A stretch of DNA of 64,000 nucleotides from positions 288,001 to 352,000 of the forward strand of contig CAWCXJ010000006.1 in the NCBI GenBank assembly GCA_963799485.1, written 5' to 3'. The DNA comes from an uncultured Trueperaceae bacterium (lineage in GTDB: Bacteria > Deinococcota > Deinococci > Deinococcales > Trueperaceae). Positions 1-12,690 of the stretch are shown here, in pieces. Under the pieces are notes generated by a model. The model was not told the DNA's origin. It made no database searches and was given only the letters and a program-made list of their open reading frames with translations. The stretch's first letter is position 1, and each line of letters starts with the position of its first letter. A program made the translations under genes and the position numbers.

Positions 1-1714
<1,714 letters not shown>

Positions 1715-1798
1715 GACGTTGCAACCTGTACGTTGCAATCTGTACGTTGCAATCTGTACGTTGCAACCTGTATGTTGCAGCCCGTACGTTATAACCCG
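1715..1798. repeat. Tandem repeat, 6 x 14 bp (consensus TACGTTGCAAYCTG)
   Basis: gacgttgcaacctg tacgttgcaatctg tacgttgcaatctg tacgttgcaacctg tatgttgcagcccg tacgttataacccg; exactly fills the gap between two convergent stop codons. Confidence 0.97.
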
Positions 1799-2314
1799 CT
1801 AAAACAGCACCTTTTGCCAGTTGAGGTCGTCGAGCGGCGTAAAAATATCGGCGTATTCTAACAGCACCCCCGCCGACTGATTACGAAACATCGCGCACTC
1901 GACGTGCTTGCCTTTGCGTTTGATGGCCTCGACCAACTGCACGTAGTCGCCGTCGCCGGAAACGAGCAGCACCGTGTCGTAGGCGTCTTCGTAGGCGAGC
2001 TCGAGCGATTCGACCGCGATCGCCACGTCGATGCCTTTTTCTACCAGCGAACCGTCGAAGCGGCGGTGAAGCCGCCCCAACCGTACGGTCGTGTAGGGAA
2101 TTCGCCGTAAAGACTCGAAAAACCGCTGCTGTCCCTCGCGCAGGTCGTGTTCGTAGTCGTCGGTCAGGGGTGCGTTGTAGTAGTAGGTACGTACCAGCTG
2201 GCGTTTGGCGAGCAGCTGCGCGACGAGTTCTTGCAGGTTGAAGCGGGTGTTGGAAAGGTTTTCACGCATACCGTTATAGAGGTTGCTGCCGTCGATAAAG
2301 ATTGCAACGCGCAA
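1799..2314 (-). CDS. NYN domain (LabA/DUF88, PIN-like) putative ribonuclease
   Basis: FIDGSN, EKGIDVAIAV and LVSGDGDY motifs; AGGAG RBS; TTG start. Confidence 0.93.
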   Translation of the reverse strand: MRVAIFIDGSNLYNGMRENLSNTRFNLQELVAQLLAKRQLVRTYYYNAPLTDDYEHDLREGQQRFFESLRRIPYTTVRLGRLHRRFDGSLVEKGIDVAIAVESLELAYEDAYDTVLLVSGDGDYVQLVEAIKRKGKHVECAMFRNQSAGVLLEYADIFTPLDDLNWQKVLF

Positions 2315-2374
2315 GATAAGCTCCTAGTAAATAAGCAAATTAAATAACCACCGTCAGTCTACCCGACCGGCACG

Positions 2375-2652
2375 CAAATAGAAAGACTTGCACCAACCGA
2401 AAGATGCGCACCAAGGCGAGGCGCGCAGGTTTCCTCGGCCCCGGACGCTGGCCCGTCCGGGCGTAGCGGCTCATGACCTTGACGGCGCGCGCTACATGCA
2501 CGGCGGCAACCCTTACCGAAACGAACGCACCGCCGTTTCCCTCGCGCCTGGAGACCGCGCCTCGGGGAAAACCGCTGCTAATCAGCTCGGCTACCACGTG
2601 CGGCGCGACCTTTCTACCGTAAAACAGGCCGATAACGTGTGCTACGCGACTT
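2375..2652 (-). ncRNA. Candidate structured non-coding RNA of unassigned family
   Basis: Three perfect hairpin stems enclosed by a 9-bp closing stem; G-U wobbles favour the minus strand; TATAGT -10 box at 2663-2658. Confidence 0.45.
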
Positions 2653-2780
2653 TTCTTACTATAGCTGTTTGGCTATCTCGGCCCACCTGAAACCCGGTTT
2701 GGTAAAGTAGTGCCGAGTTTACCGGTTTGAAGTATACCCGGCTCGCTGCGCCCCCCTCACAAGGGGGTAGGCTAGGCTTT

Positions 2781-3269
2781 ATGAGTTCCTACAAAACACC
2801 CGAAGCCAAAAAAGTCGCCTCGTTCGACCTCGACCACACCCGCGTCCGCGCGCCCTACGTCCGCTTGGCCGGACACTACACCGGGCCGAGTGGCGACGTG
2901 GTGAGCAAGTTCGACCTGCGCCTCGTCCAACCGAATCAGGCCGAGATCCCGACTGCGCCCTTACACACCATCGAACACCTTTTGGCCGGTTACCTGCGCG
3001 GGTCGCTCGGTGAGCTGATCGACGCGAGCCCGATGGGGTGTCGTACCGGATTCTATCTGACCGTCTTTGGTGAACCTGATGAGGCTGCGGTAGCCGAAGC
3101 GCTGAGGCGGTCGCTCGAGGCCGTAAACCACCATGAAGGTGAGATTCCCGGCTGCAGCGAGGAGCGTTGCGGTAACTTCCGCGACCACTCTTTGCCCGGT
3201 GCGAAGGCGTGGGCCGAACGCATCTTGCAAGATGAGATCATCGTGCAAGAAACTGTGCTAATCTCGTAG
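2781..3269 (+). CDS. luxS: S-ribosylhomocysteine lyase
   Basis: VASFDLDHT, HTIEH, SPMGCRTGFY and CGNF motifs; leaderless start 7 nt after TAGGCT. Confidence 0.97.
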   Translation: MSSYKTPEAKKVASFDLDHTRVRAPYVRLAGHYTGPSGDVVSKFDLRLVQPNQAEIPTAPLHTIEHLLAGYLRGSLGELIDASPMGCRTGFYLTVFGEPDEAAVAEALRRSLEAVNHHEGEIPGCSEERCGNFRDHSLPGAKAWAERILQDEIIVQETVLIS

Positions 3270-3283
3270 ACATTAAAAAGATA

Positions 3284-3348
3284 TGAGATAACTACCCGGC
3301 ATGTTCTCACCTTGTCGGTGGGACTCTCATACTTGGGCGTCTCATAAT
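3284..3348 (+). promoter_or_regulatory. Putative response-regulator binding repeats (TCTCA x3 plus an inverted TGAGA) overlapping the -10 CATAAT
   Basis: atgaga ~3284, ttctcac ~3304, ctctcat ~3324, gtctcataat ~3339. Confidence 0.4.
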
Positions 3349-3354
3349 TGCGTT

Positions 3355-4032
3355 ATGGACAGAAAACCGCTGGTTCTCATTATCGAAGATGAAAAGGAAA
3401 TTGCCAAATTTATCGACCTGGAACTTCAGGCCGAATCGTATGAAACGGTCGTAACCTACGACGGCGTAACGGGTTTATCGAAGTTTCGTGAGCTTAACCC
3501 CGATCTGGTCGTGTTAGACCTCATGCTGCCGGTTTTAGACGGGCTCGAGGTGGCGCGGCGCGTCCGCAAAACCTCGAACACGCCGATTATCATCTTGACC
3601 GCCAAAGATTCGGTCGACGACAAGGTGCAGGGGCTCGACTCGGGCGCGGACGACTACCTCGTCAAACCGTTTTCGATTGAAGAGTTGTTGGCGCGCGTAA
3701 GGGCGCATTTGCGGCGCGTCAACCCGGCTGTCACCGGCGAGGTGCGCGTTGCCGACCTGGTGATGAACTTAGACGGGCGCGAGGTCTTTCGCGACGGGCG
3801 GCGGATCGAACTCTCGGCGAAAGAGTTTGAACTGCTGGAACTTTTCGCCCGCAATCCCGGCAAGGTCTTTAACCGCTTTGAAATCGAGGAGAAGGTCTGG
3901 CCGGAATACACGGGCGGCTCGAACGTCGTCGATGTCTACGTCGGCTATTTACGGCGCAAATTGGAGGGCGAAGGAGAGCGCCGCCTGATTCACACCGTGC
4001 GCGGCGTCGGTTATGTGCTCCGCGAGGAGTAA
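3355..4032 (+). CDS. OmpR/PhoB-family response regulator
   Basis: [21 protein letters not shown] receiver motifs; winged helix IHTVRGVGY. Confidence 0.96.
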   Translation: MDRKPLVLIIEDEKEIAKFIDLELQAESYETVVTYDGVTGLSKFRELNPDLVVLDLMLPVLDGLEVARRVRKTSNTPIIILTAKDSVDDKVQGLDSGADDYLVKPFSIEELLARVRAHLRRVNPAVTGEVRVADLVMNLDGREVFRDGRRIELSAKEFELLELFARNPGKVFNRFEIEEKVWPEYTGGSNVVDVYVGYLRRKLEGEGERRLIHTVRGVGYVLREE

Positions 4033-4134
4033 GCGCCTGTAGACACTGCTAGCTTGTAGCGGTGCCGGCCTGAAGACCGGACAGTCACGCCTCTCATCAA
4101 CGCAGGGGGTAGCTTGAGTTCATCTGGGCGGTAA

Positions 4135-5712
4135 GTGATTGCCCGGTACGTTAAGCTGAAGTTGGATGGTGGTGTGGCTAGTTTAACGCAGGGCGCTCAT
4201 AAAACCCAGGTTGCAACCCGGCGGGCCCCGCTGGGGTTGTCGCTGCAGCTACGGTTGACGCTCTTTTTTGCCGGATTTCTGGTTTTGGTGCTGATTTTCG
4301 TCGGGGTGCTCGTTTACAGCCTGACGCGGCGCTCACTGATAGACAGCGTCGAGGTGCAGGCGAGCCAAGCTTACACGGACGTTTTAGAAGCTATCGCGCA
4401 AAATCCCTCGACCTCATCCTCGAGCCGGAGCAGCTGGGTACAGAGCTTGTCGAGCGACGCCCTGCTTTTCGTCAATATCTACTACTACGATCCCCGCGCG
4501 CCCCTGACGCCCAAGCTGTTTGCCGGGTTCGAGCGGGTTCCGAAACTGCCGACGGTCGTAGCTTCGGATGGGACGGAGCTTGCCAAGCTTGTGGGTGAAG
4601 GTCAGTTTGCCGAGTTGCAGCGCAGCGGTCGTCTAAGCACCAACGTCAAGGCTGAGGACGGCACCATCTGGGTGGTGCGGGCGGAACGCGAAATCTTCGG
4701 CATCAACGCCGACGCGCCCTTTTTCAATCCCTCTGAAAGCAGCATGGACGCGCCGACGCTCGTTGCCGTCGCCCTGCCTGTTCGCAGCGACACCATGACG
4801 CAGCTCCGCACCAACCTGATTCAAACGATTATCGTTGCGCTCCTTGTTTTTCCCTTTGGGGTGTGGCTGTTGGCGCAGCGGGCGCTGACGCCCTTGAAAC
4901 GGATGACCCGGGCGGCCTCGAGGATCTCCTCGCAAGACCTGTCGCAGCGCGTCCCGGTGTCTAAAACGCGTGATGAGGTCGGTGAACTCTCGGTGACGCT
5001 CAACCGGATGCTCGACCGCCTGCAAGAAACCCTAGAAACGCAGCGCCGCTTTACCGCCGACGCGTCGCACGAACTCCGCACCCCGGTCACGGCGATCTCC
5101 GGGCACGCGAGCTACCTTTTACGGCGCACGAAGCCGACCCCCGAACAGGTCGAACCGCTAGAGATTATTCGCGGTGAGGCGCTGCGGATGAGCAAACTCG
5201 TCAACGACCTTTTGGAACTGGCCCGCGCCGACGCCGGGCTGACCGTTAAACGCGAACCGATGAACTTCGTTGAAACCGTCGAGGCGGTCGTCAAGGAGTT
5301 GGCGCCGGTCGCGCGGGGCGCGAGTATCAAGGCTTTTTCACCGGGGCCACTCTTGGAGGTTTCCGGCGACGCGGCGCGGCTTAAACAAGTTGTTCTCAAC
5401 CTCGTCCAAAATGCGCTCAACGCAGGCTCGAGTCAGGTCAACATGTCGCTCCTCAAAGAAAAGGACTGGGCGCGGCTCGAGGTCTTGGACAACGGCCCCG
5501 GTATCCCCGAAGCGGCCCTGCCCAACTTGTTCGAGCGGTTCTACCGCGTCGACGGGGCGCGCAGCACCCGCGGCAACGGTTCGGGCTTGGGTCTCGCCAT
5601 CGTCAAATGGATTGTCGAGCAGCACGGCGGCACGGTCTCGGTCGAGTCCAAGGTGGGTGAAGGAACGGTTTTTACGGTGCTGCTGCCGGTTCTAGGGTCC
5701 GAATCCGGTTAG
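4135..5712 (+). CDS. HAMP sensor histidine kinase (start uncertain, may be ~4237)
   Basis: Two TM segments, HAMP, H-box DASHELRTP, N box NLVQNA, DNGPGI, GSGLGL. Confidence 0.95.
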   Translation: MIARYVKLKLDGGVASLTQGAHKTQVATRRAPLGLSLQLRLTLFFAGFLVLVLIFVGVLVYSLTRRSLIDSVEVQASQAYTDVLEAIAQNPSTSSSSRSSWVQSLSSDALLFVNIYYYDPRAPLTPKLFAGFERVPKLPTVVASDGTELAKLVGEGQFAELQRSGRLSTNVKAEDGTIWVVRAEREIFGINADAPFFNPSESSMDAPTLVAVALPVRSDTMTQLRTNLIQTIIVALLVFPFGVWLLAQRALTPLKRMTRAASRISSQDLSQRVPVSKTRDEVGELSVTLNRMLDRLQETLETQRRFTADASHELRTPVTAISGHASYLLRRTKPTPEQVEPLEIIRGEALRMSKLVNDLLELARADAGLTVKREPMNFVETVEAVVKELAPVARGASIKAFSPGPLLEVSGDAARLKQVVLNLVQNALNAGSSQVNMSLLKEKDWARLEVLDNGPGIPEAALPNLFERFYRVDGARSTRGNGSGLGLAIVKWIVEQHGGTVSVESKVGEGTVFTVLLPVLGSESG

Positions 5713-5751
5713 CGGTCTAGAATCAAGCAGGAAACTTCTAGGCAAGCACCT

Positions 5752-6783
5752 TCAACCTGCCTGAAGTATCTGGACACCTTCGCCTTTAACGATTTCGCCG
5801 ACCTCGAACGCTTTTGGGACGAGCTTGTAAACCTTTTCCAGATTTTCCGGCGACACCACGAAAACGAAGCCGACGCCCATATTGAAGACGCTGAACAGCT
5901 CGTCCCGGTTGACGTTGCCGCGCTGCTCAATCAGCGTAAAGATTTCCGGAATGTTCCAAGCGGGCGTAATCGCTGCGCCCAAACCTTCAGGCAGGCTGCG
6001 CGGCAGGTTTCCCGGCAGACCGCCGCCCGTAACATGCGCCATCCCTTTTACTACACCGGCCTCTAAAAGTGGGGTCAGCGCCGCTAAAAAACTTTGGTGC
6101 GGAGCTAGCAGCGCGTCCCCTACAGTTAGCTTTCCCAACGGTTCGTCGTAGCTTCCTGCCAAGACATGCCGCGCCAGCGAAAACCCGTTCGTCTGCAACC
6201 CACCTGAGCCTAAACCCAGGATGACGTCACCTTCTCTGATTTTTTCACCCGTAATGATTTTGGAGCGCTCGACGACGCCGACAAGCGTTCCTACGAGGTC
6301 GAACTCGCCCGCGACGTAGACCCCCGGCAGCTCGGCGGTTTCGCCGCCCAAAAGCGGCATCCCGTGGGCTTTACACCCTTCGGCGACGCCCGTAATCAGT
6401 GCGGCGGTGAGGGGGGGCTCAAGCCTTCCCGACGCGACATAATCGAGAAAAAAGAGCGGTCTCGCGCCCTGTACCAAAAGGTCGTTGACGCAGTGATTGA
6501 CCAAATCCTGCCCGAGCGTACCGTAGCGTCCTAAAGCAGCAGCGACCTTTGTCTTCGTCCCGACACCATCGGTCGAAGCGACGAGGACGGGGGCGTCCAT
6601 GTCTTTAAGCGCACCTGCGCCAAACAGCCCGCCGAACGCGCCGAGTCCGGCGAGGACGTTCGGCGTATAGGTTGCCTTGACTGCCGTTTTAATCCGCGCC
6701 AGCGTCTCGTCGCTGGCACCCAAATCGACGCCTGCCGCGCTGTAAGTAGCGGCTGCACGGGAATTCTCGTCGGGGGGTCGCAT
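5752..6783 (-). CDS. purM: Phosphoribosylformylglycinamidine cyclo-ligase (AIR synthetase)
   Basis: YSAAGVD, STDGVGTK, GGETAE, HVTGGG and FNMGVG motifs. Confidence 0.97.
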   Translation of the reverse strand: MRPPDENSRAAATYSAAGVDLGASDETLARIKTAVKATYTPNVLAGLGAFGGLFGAGALKDMDAPVLVASTDGVGTKTKVAAALGRYGTLGQDLVNHCVNDLLVQGARPLFFLDYVASGRLEPPLTAALITGVAEGCKAHGMPLLGGETAELPGVYVAGEFDLVGTLVGVVERSKIITGEKIREGDVILGLGSGGLQTNGFSLARHVLAGSYDEPLGKLTVGDALLAPHQSFLAALTPLLEAGVVKGMAHVTGGGLPGNLPRSLPEGLGAAITPAWNIPEIFTLIEQRGNVNRDELFSVFNMGVGFVFVVSPENLEKVYKLVPKAFEVGEIVKGEGVQILQAG

Positions 6784-6828
6784 ACGCGCATCTTACCGTG
6801 ACCTCGGCCCGGAACGGTACACTGGTTT

Positions 6829-9075
6829 GTGACCGCCCCGACTGCCTGGCGGGTACTTCTACCCCTGCCTCTACCCGCCTTCACGTTTTTGCCGCCTCAC
6901 GGTATCGGGTTTTTGCCGCCCGCCGGGATACGGGTGGTGGTGCCGTGGCAGAGCGGCGTGCGAATCGGGATTTTAGTCGGGTTTGAACCGCTCCGGGGTG
7001 GGGCCGGCCTCGAGCTTCGTGAAGCCCTTGGCGCTCTGGACACCGAACCTTTTCTGAAAGACGGCGCCTTAAAAGTTCTGGAACGCGTTGCCGTTTATAC
7101 CTGCGCCCCCGCCGGAACCGTACTCGCCAACCTGTTACCGACGGGGCTCGGCGTACCCCTCGAGCATCACGTCCGCGCGCTGGGCGCGCTCGCTGAACCT
7201 GTTTCTGAAAGCTGGCAAGAGGCGGCAACGGTGCCACTTAAACAGCTCGAGCTGTACCGTCAGCAGGGGCTGTTAGAAGAACGGGTGCGGGTGCTGCCCG
7301 CAAAGGTTCAGCGGCTCGTACCGGTGCGCGAAGGGGACGCAGCACTCGACGGTGCAGCGCGGGCCAATCAGCGCCGGGCGCTCACCTATCTTTTCGAGTT
7401 GGGTCAGGTTGACAGCGCGGCGGCTCTGGCCCGCGCTGTGGCTGTGCCGGAAACCGCCGTGCGCGCGCTCGTCAAAAAAGGGTACGCGGACTACCGGGAG
7501 GTCGAAGCGCCACCCGCGCCGCTGACCGCCGTAAAACCTGCCGTAAAGTCTGTTGTCAGCGCAACCGAAAAAGTAAATTGTGCCTTCACCGTTCATGAGC
7601 CGACTTTAAGTGTCGCGGGGGGGACGCGGGCGGCCCGGGTCTTGAGCTTGCTGCCTCTGCTAAAGACCGACCTCGCGGCTGGCAAAAGCGTTTTGGTCTT
7701 AGCGCCCGAACAAAGCTACGCGCAGCAAGCCGCGTCGCTTTTAGCCGCACACGCCCCCGTTCACGTCCTGTTGGGCGACACCCCCGACAAAGAACGCCTC
7801 CGGTTGTGGGAGCGTTGCCGTGAACCGGAACCGTTTGTTTTGGTTGGAAGCTATCTGGCGCTGCTCTCGCCCCTCGAGCTGGGCCGGGTGGTGGTGCTCG
7901 AGGAGGGCAGCAGCGCCTACAAACTCAACCTGGGTTGCCGCGTGTTCATCCCGACCGCCGCACATTTTCTTGCAGCCGAGGCCGCTGTACCGCTCGTACT
8001 GAGCGACGCGTTTACGACGCCTGAAACGCTCGGTCTGGTTTCGCCACCCGCGCGTTTGGAGGTGCCGACCGCTGCCCCGCGTGTCCACGTGGTCGATTTG
8101 CGGGCGGGCGGCTGGCCCCTCAGCAGCGACCTCGTGCGCGTCCTCAAGCAGGTCGAGGCGCGGGGTCGTCAAGCTGTCTTGCTCGCCCCCCGCCGGGGTT
8201 TTTCGGCGGCGCTCTGCTGCGCGGCGTGTGAACACACGCTGATGTGCCCGAACTGCGACCTGCCGCTGCGCTACCACCGCGAACGCTACCTGCTGCGCTG
8301 TCATCAGTGCGGTCATCAGGGGCGCGCCCCCGACCTCTGTCCGAACTGCGGCAACCCGGCGCTGGGGCCGACGCGCGCCGCCGGGACGCAGTGGATCGCC
8401 GCCGAAGTCGCGCGCGTCGTCCCGGAACTGCTCGTCAAACGCTTCGACAGCGATAAACGCGAAGACCTGAGCGACCTGAGGGACGGCGTTCCGGGGGTAC
8501 TCGTCGCCACGACCGCATGTTTGCGTATTCCGCCGCTGCCGAATGTGTCTTTGGTCGGGGTAACGCTGCTCGACGCCTTTTTGTCGCTCGGCAATTTTCG
8601 CGCCGAGGAAGAGGCGTTCCGGCTGCTCCTCAATCTGGGCGAACTCGCTCCCGACAAGAGACCGCTGACGCTCATTCAGACCTTCGTACCGGACAGTCCG
8701 CTGCTCGAGGCCTATACCCACGGTTCAGGCGCGGCGTTCGTGCAGGCACTTTTGGAGCGTCGGCAGAGTTTTAACTATCCACCTTTTGCGGCGCTCGCCA
8801 AGGTGCAACTCAGCGCCCGCGACGCGCGCACCGCCGAGAGCGCCGCAAACTGGCTGGCGGGCGCGCTCCAGACGGCGGGCGCAACCCCGGAGGAACTGCT
8901 CGGGCCGAGCGCTGCGCCGGTGGCCCGCGTCAAGAACCGGTATTCGTATCAGCTTTTTATCCGGACTCACGCCGAAACGCTTCCCGAACGGCTTGCTCCG
9001 GCGCTCGCCTACCGGGGCGCTGCGCGGCTGCGGCTCGACATCGACCCGCGCGACGTGTCGGGGTTTCTCGAGTAA
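6829..9075 (+). CDS. priA: Primosomal protein N' with degenerate helicase motifs
   Basis: Cys-rich CxxC...CPNC...CHQC...CPNC, GTQWI, RQSFNYPPF, C-terminal LDIDP; canonical GSGKT and DEEH motifs not seen. Confidence 0.9.
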   Translation: MTAPTAWRVLLPLPLPAFTFLPPHGIGFLPPAGIRVVVPWQSGVRIGILVGFEPLRGGAGLELREALGALDTEPFLKDGALKVLERVAVYTCAPAGTVLANLLPTGLGVPLEHHVRALGALAEPVSESWQEAATVPLKQLELYRQQGLLEERVRVLPAKVQRLVPVREGDAALDGAARANQRRALTYLFELGQVDSAAALARAVAVPETAVRALVKKGYADYREVEAPPAPLTAVKPAVKSVVSATEKVNCAFTVHEPTLSVAGGTRAARVLSLLPLLKTDLAAGKSVLVLAPEQSYAQQAASLLAAHAPVHVLLGDTPDKERLRLWERCREPEPFVLVGSYLALLSPLELGRVVVLEEGSSAYKLNLGCRVFIPTAAHFLAAEAAVPLVLSDAFTTPETLGLVSPPARLEVPTAAPRVHVVDLRAGGWPLSSDLVRVLKQVEARGRQAVLLAPRRGFSAALCCAACEHTLMCPNCDLPLRYHRERYLLRCHQCGHQGRAPDLCPNCGNPALGPTRAAGTQWIAAEVARVVPELLVKRFDSDKREDLSDLRDGVPGVLVATTACLRIPPLPNVSLVGVTLLDAFLSLGNFRAEEEAFRLLLNLGELAPDKRPLTLIQTFVPDSPLLEAYTHGSGAAFVQALLERRQSFNYPPFAALAKVQLSARDARTAESAANWLAGALQTAGATPEELLGPSAAPVARVKNRYSYQLFIRTHAETLPERLAPALAYRGAARLRLDIDPRDVSGFLE

Positions 9076-9086
9076 AGAGACGCCTG

Positions 9087-9895
<809 letters not shown>

Positions 9896-9896
<1 letters not shown>

Positions 9897-12451
9897 TACT
9901 CGCCGCCCAGAGCGGTGACAGGCGACATGCGGGCGGCGCGCCGGGCCGGAACGAGCGACGCTAAGAGTCCGACCAGCGGCGACGACAGCAGCGCGACGAC
10001 GATAAGCCGCCACGGATAGATCGGGGTGATGCGGTAACCCGTCAGGGCGCTTGCACCCGTCGTAATGACTTGCGACAAAAGGAGCCCGGTCAAGACCCCG
10101 AGAACCGTGCCGAGTGCGACGACGACGATACCCTCGGCGGTGACCAGACGCCGGACGCCGCGCCTTGTCAAGCCCAGCGTGCGGAGCACCGCGACCTCGT
10201 GTTGACGGCTCGAGAGGTTCATCCCCAGCGTGTTGGCAACACCTAGAGCCGCGATAAAGATAGCCAACAGCAAAAGTCCGTTGGTGGTTGTAAAAGTTTG
10301 CTGCGTCAAATCCAGAATGCGGGCGCGGTAATCCTGGTTGAGCGTGACGTCGAGGTAGAGCTTGGGAAACGCCGCGATGAGTGCGTCTCTCGCTGCCGCC
10401 GGGTCACCGCCGGGCAGCACCGTCATGACAAACAGGTCGGGGGAACCGCCGCCGAACAGCTCGGCGTCTTCTAAGCTGCCGACAAACGTCTCGCCGCCGC
10501 CGGTAAAGTCCACCACGACGCCGCCGACCTTGAAGTCTTTATAGCCGTCCGAGGTGCGGAGGGTTGCGGTATCGCCTTTTGAAACACCGTAACGGTCACG
10601 GATGGTGTTGGCCGCGAGCACCTCGCCCCCGGCTTTTAAGGTCGTGTAGGCGTCCGCGGCGTCGCCCTGACCGGGGACGAACTGAAAACGCCCGAAGCCG
10701 GACGCGGGATTAAAGCGTTCCGGATCGACGAGAACGAGCGCGACGCTGCGGCCCCGTGGCGTACTCTCGGGGGTAAAACGGACGATGCGGAGGCCGACGC
10801 CGCTGACCTCGGCGATTGCGGGAACACGCGCTTTAATCTGCGCGGCAAAGTCTGCCGGAAAACTGACCGGCGAGGTCACGAACAAATCACCGACGACGGT
10901 GGTATCAACCCAGTCCTGAATCGAACGGTTGATCCCTGCGACCATCGCGCCGACGCCGATGGTAAGCCCCGTCCCGACGACGACCGCGCCGACGGCGACG
11001 CCGTTACGGGTGGCGTTACGTAACGAGAAACTCGAGCCCAACCGCCCGGCGAGCCCGAACAGCCGTTCTAGAACCGGGCTCAAAACCTTGAGCGTCGGTT
11101 TAAGGAGCGTCGGCGTAGCGAGGCTGAAGCCGGTAAAAAGCAGCCCCATCGAGAGCGCCGCACCGAACAGCGCCGTAAACCCCTGCCACGGCGCGAGCGA
11201 GGCGACGACGCCGGCGGCAAGGAGCAAAAAACCCCACAAGGGCGCGGCGCGTACCGCCGGGTCGCTCACGGCCCTAGCCGCCGCCAGGGGGCGCGTGCGC
11301 GAGGCGCTCCGGGCAGGCAAGTAGCCCGCGAGCAGCGAAATCACGACTCCGACGAGGCTGGCTAGCAGCACGCTGCGAACCGGGACGACGAGCGTCCGAA
11401 ACTCGAAGCCGAGGGCGACCGCGTTCAGGTAGGTTATCGCCGCCGACAACCCGACCCCTAACAGCAGCCCGAAGATAATCCCCAGGATGCTGACGAGCAG
11501 CGCCTCCAAGAGCGCCAGACGCTGCACCTGCCCCCGCGTCAGGCAAACCGTCCGCAAAAGTGCAAACTCCCGCTGCCGTTCCAGCACGCTCGCCGCAAAG
11601 GTGTTGTACGCCATAAAGCCGCCGAGCGCGATCAGCGTCGCTGCTAAAATCTGGAGCCCCGACTCGAGCGTATCGACCACGCCGGTCGCCAGGTTGCCGC
11701 TGCCTGCGGGCAAGGTGACGGTGTAGTCGGCCCCCAACTTGTTTTGCAGCGCGGCCTGCACCGCGCCGCTCTGACCCTGCTCGGTCAAAACCTCTAAAAA
11801 CGAGGCGCGCCCGCCTAGCCTCAGCGCGTTTTGCAAGTCTGCCAGCGCGACGATACCGACCCGCCCGCCGTTGGTCGTTGCGTAACCGAGACTGTCGTCT
11901 AATAGCCCGGTGACTTTAAGCGGCAGGTCGCCGAACTGCGCGGCGAAGGTGACTTCATCACCGACGCCAAAGCCGCGGCTGCGGGAGAAGCCTTCGGCGA
12001 GGGCGACGCCGTTTGAACCTGCCTGTGGCCACCTGCCTGCTGCCAGCTGACTCGGCAAGTCGGCGGGAACGCTCGTGACGCGGCCTGACAGCTGAAAGCC
12101 CGAATCGACGCCGGGAATGACCGAATCGCTCACGTCGCCGATGTCGCGCACGGGTTCGGCGCGGGTACTTAAAACCGGGTAGACGGCCCGGACGCCGGGG
12201 GTCGCTTCTACACTCTCTAAAATGTCGCTGGTGGTAAAAACGGCGCGCCCTTCTGCGCCGGGGGTGACGAGCAGATCGGCTTTGCCGGCAGCGGCCTCGA
12301 GCGCGCTCTCAACATTCGCCTCGACGTTGTCGCCGATTGAAAGCGTCGCCAAAACTGCTGCGATACCCAGCGCTACACCCAAAACGGTGGCAAAGGTGCG
12401 GCTTTTGTAACGAAACAGGTTTCGGCGCGCGAGGCGCAGCAGTACGGGCAT
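9896..12451 (-). CDS. FtsX-like/MacB-type double-repeat ABC permease
   Basis: Two repeats with ERQREFALLRTV and SRQHEVAVLRTLG, and PARRAA termini. Confidence 0.92.
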
Positions 12452-12599
12452 ATCCGCACAAGTTTAACAGGTCGCCGGGAGTATTCTGGTTATAGGCACC
12501 AAACGCTCAGGCGGCGCACCCGATCAAAGCCGCCTTAAACCTGCGTCCCGCGCCGGTTGCCGAAGCCCGCCGCAAAAGGCCGGGTCGAGCTGTTCCAGA

Positions 12600-12638
12600 A
12601 AACCTGAACAACGATGTTCAGGTTTGTTGTTCGGGTTT
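12600..12638. promoter_or_regulatory. 11-bp inverted repeat plus a direct copy, between divergent genes
   Basis: aaacctgaaca-acga-tgttcaggttt followed by tgttcgggttt. Confidence 0.4.
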
Positions 12639-12690
12639 ACGGCGTAAGAGCGCGTCATACGCGTTCCCGGGGGCGTGTTACAACATCCTT

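Noticed and set aside
1715..1798. CRISPR array
   Set aside because: Units are contiguous with no spacers, too short, and no cas genes are present; the same applies to 46601-46690
2375..2652. Assignment as SAM, SAH, lysine, TPP or c-di-AMP riboswitch, SRP, RNase P, tmRNA or group II intron domain V
   Set aside because: Diagnostic conserved nucleotides could not be matched by eye; only loose fragments resemble them
2340..2690. ORFs 2340-2597 (-) and 2388-2690 (+) as proteins
   Set aside because: No recognisable motifs or RBS; the region is better explained by RNA structure
7741..8721. 326-aa antisense ORF and similar long shadow ORFs
   Set aside because: They lie opposite well-supported genes and are expected in GC-rich DNA
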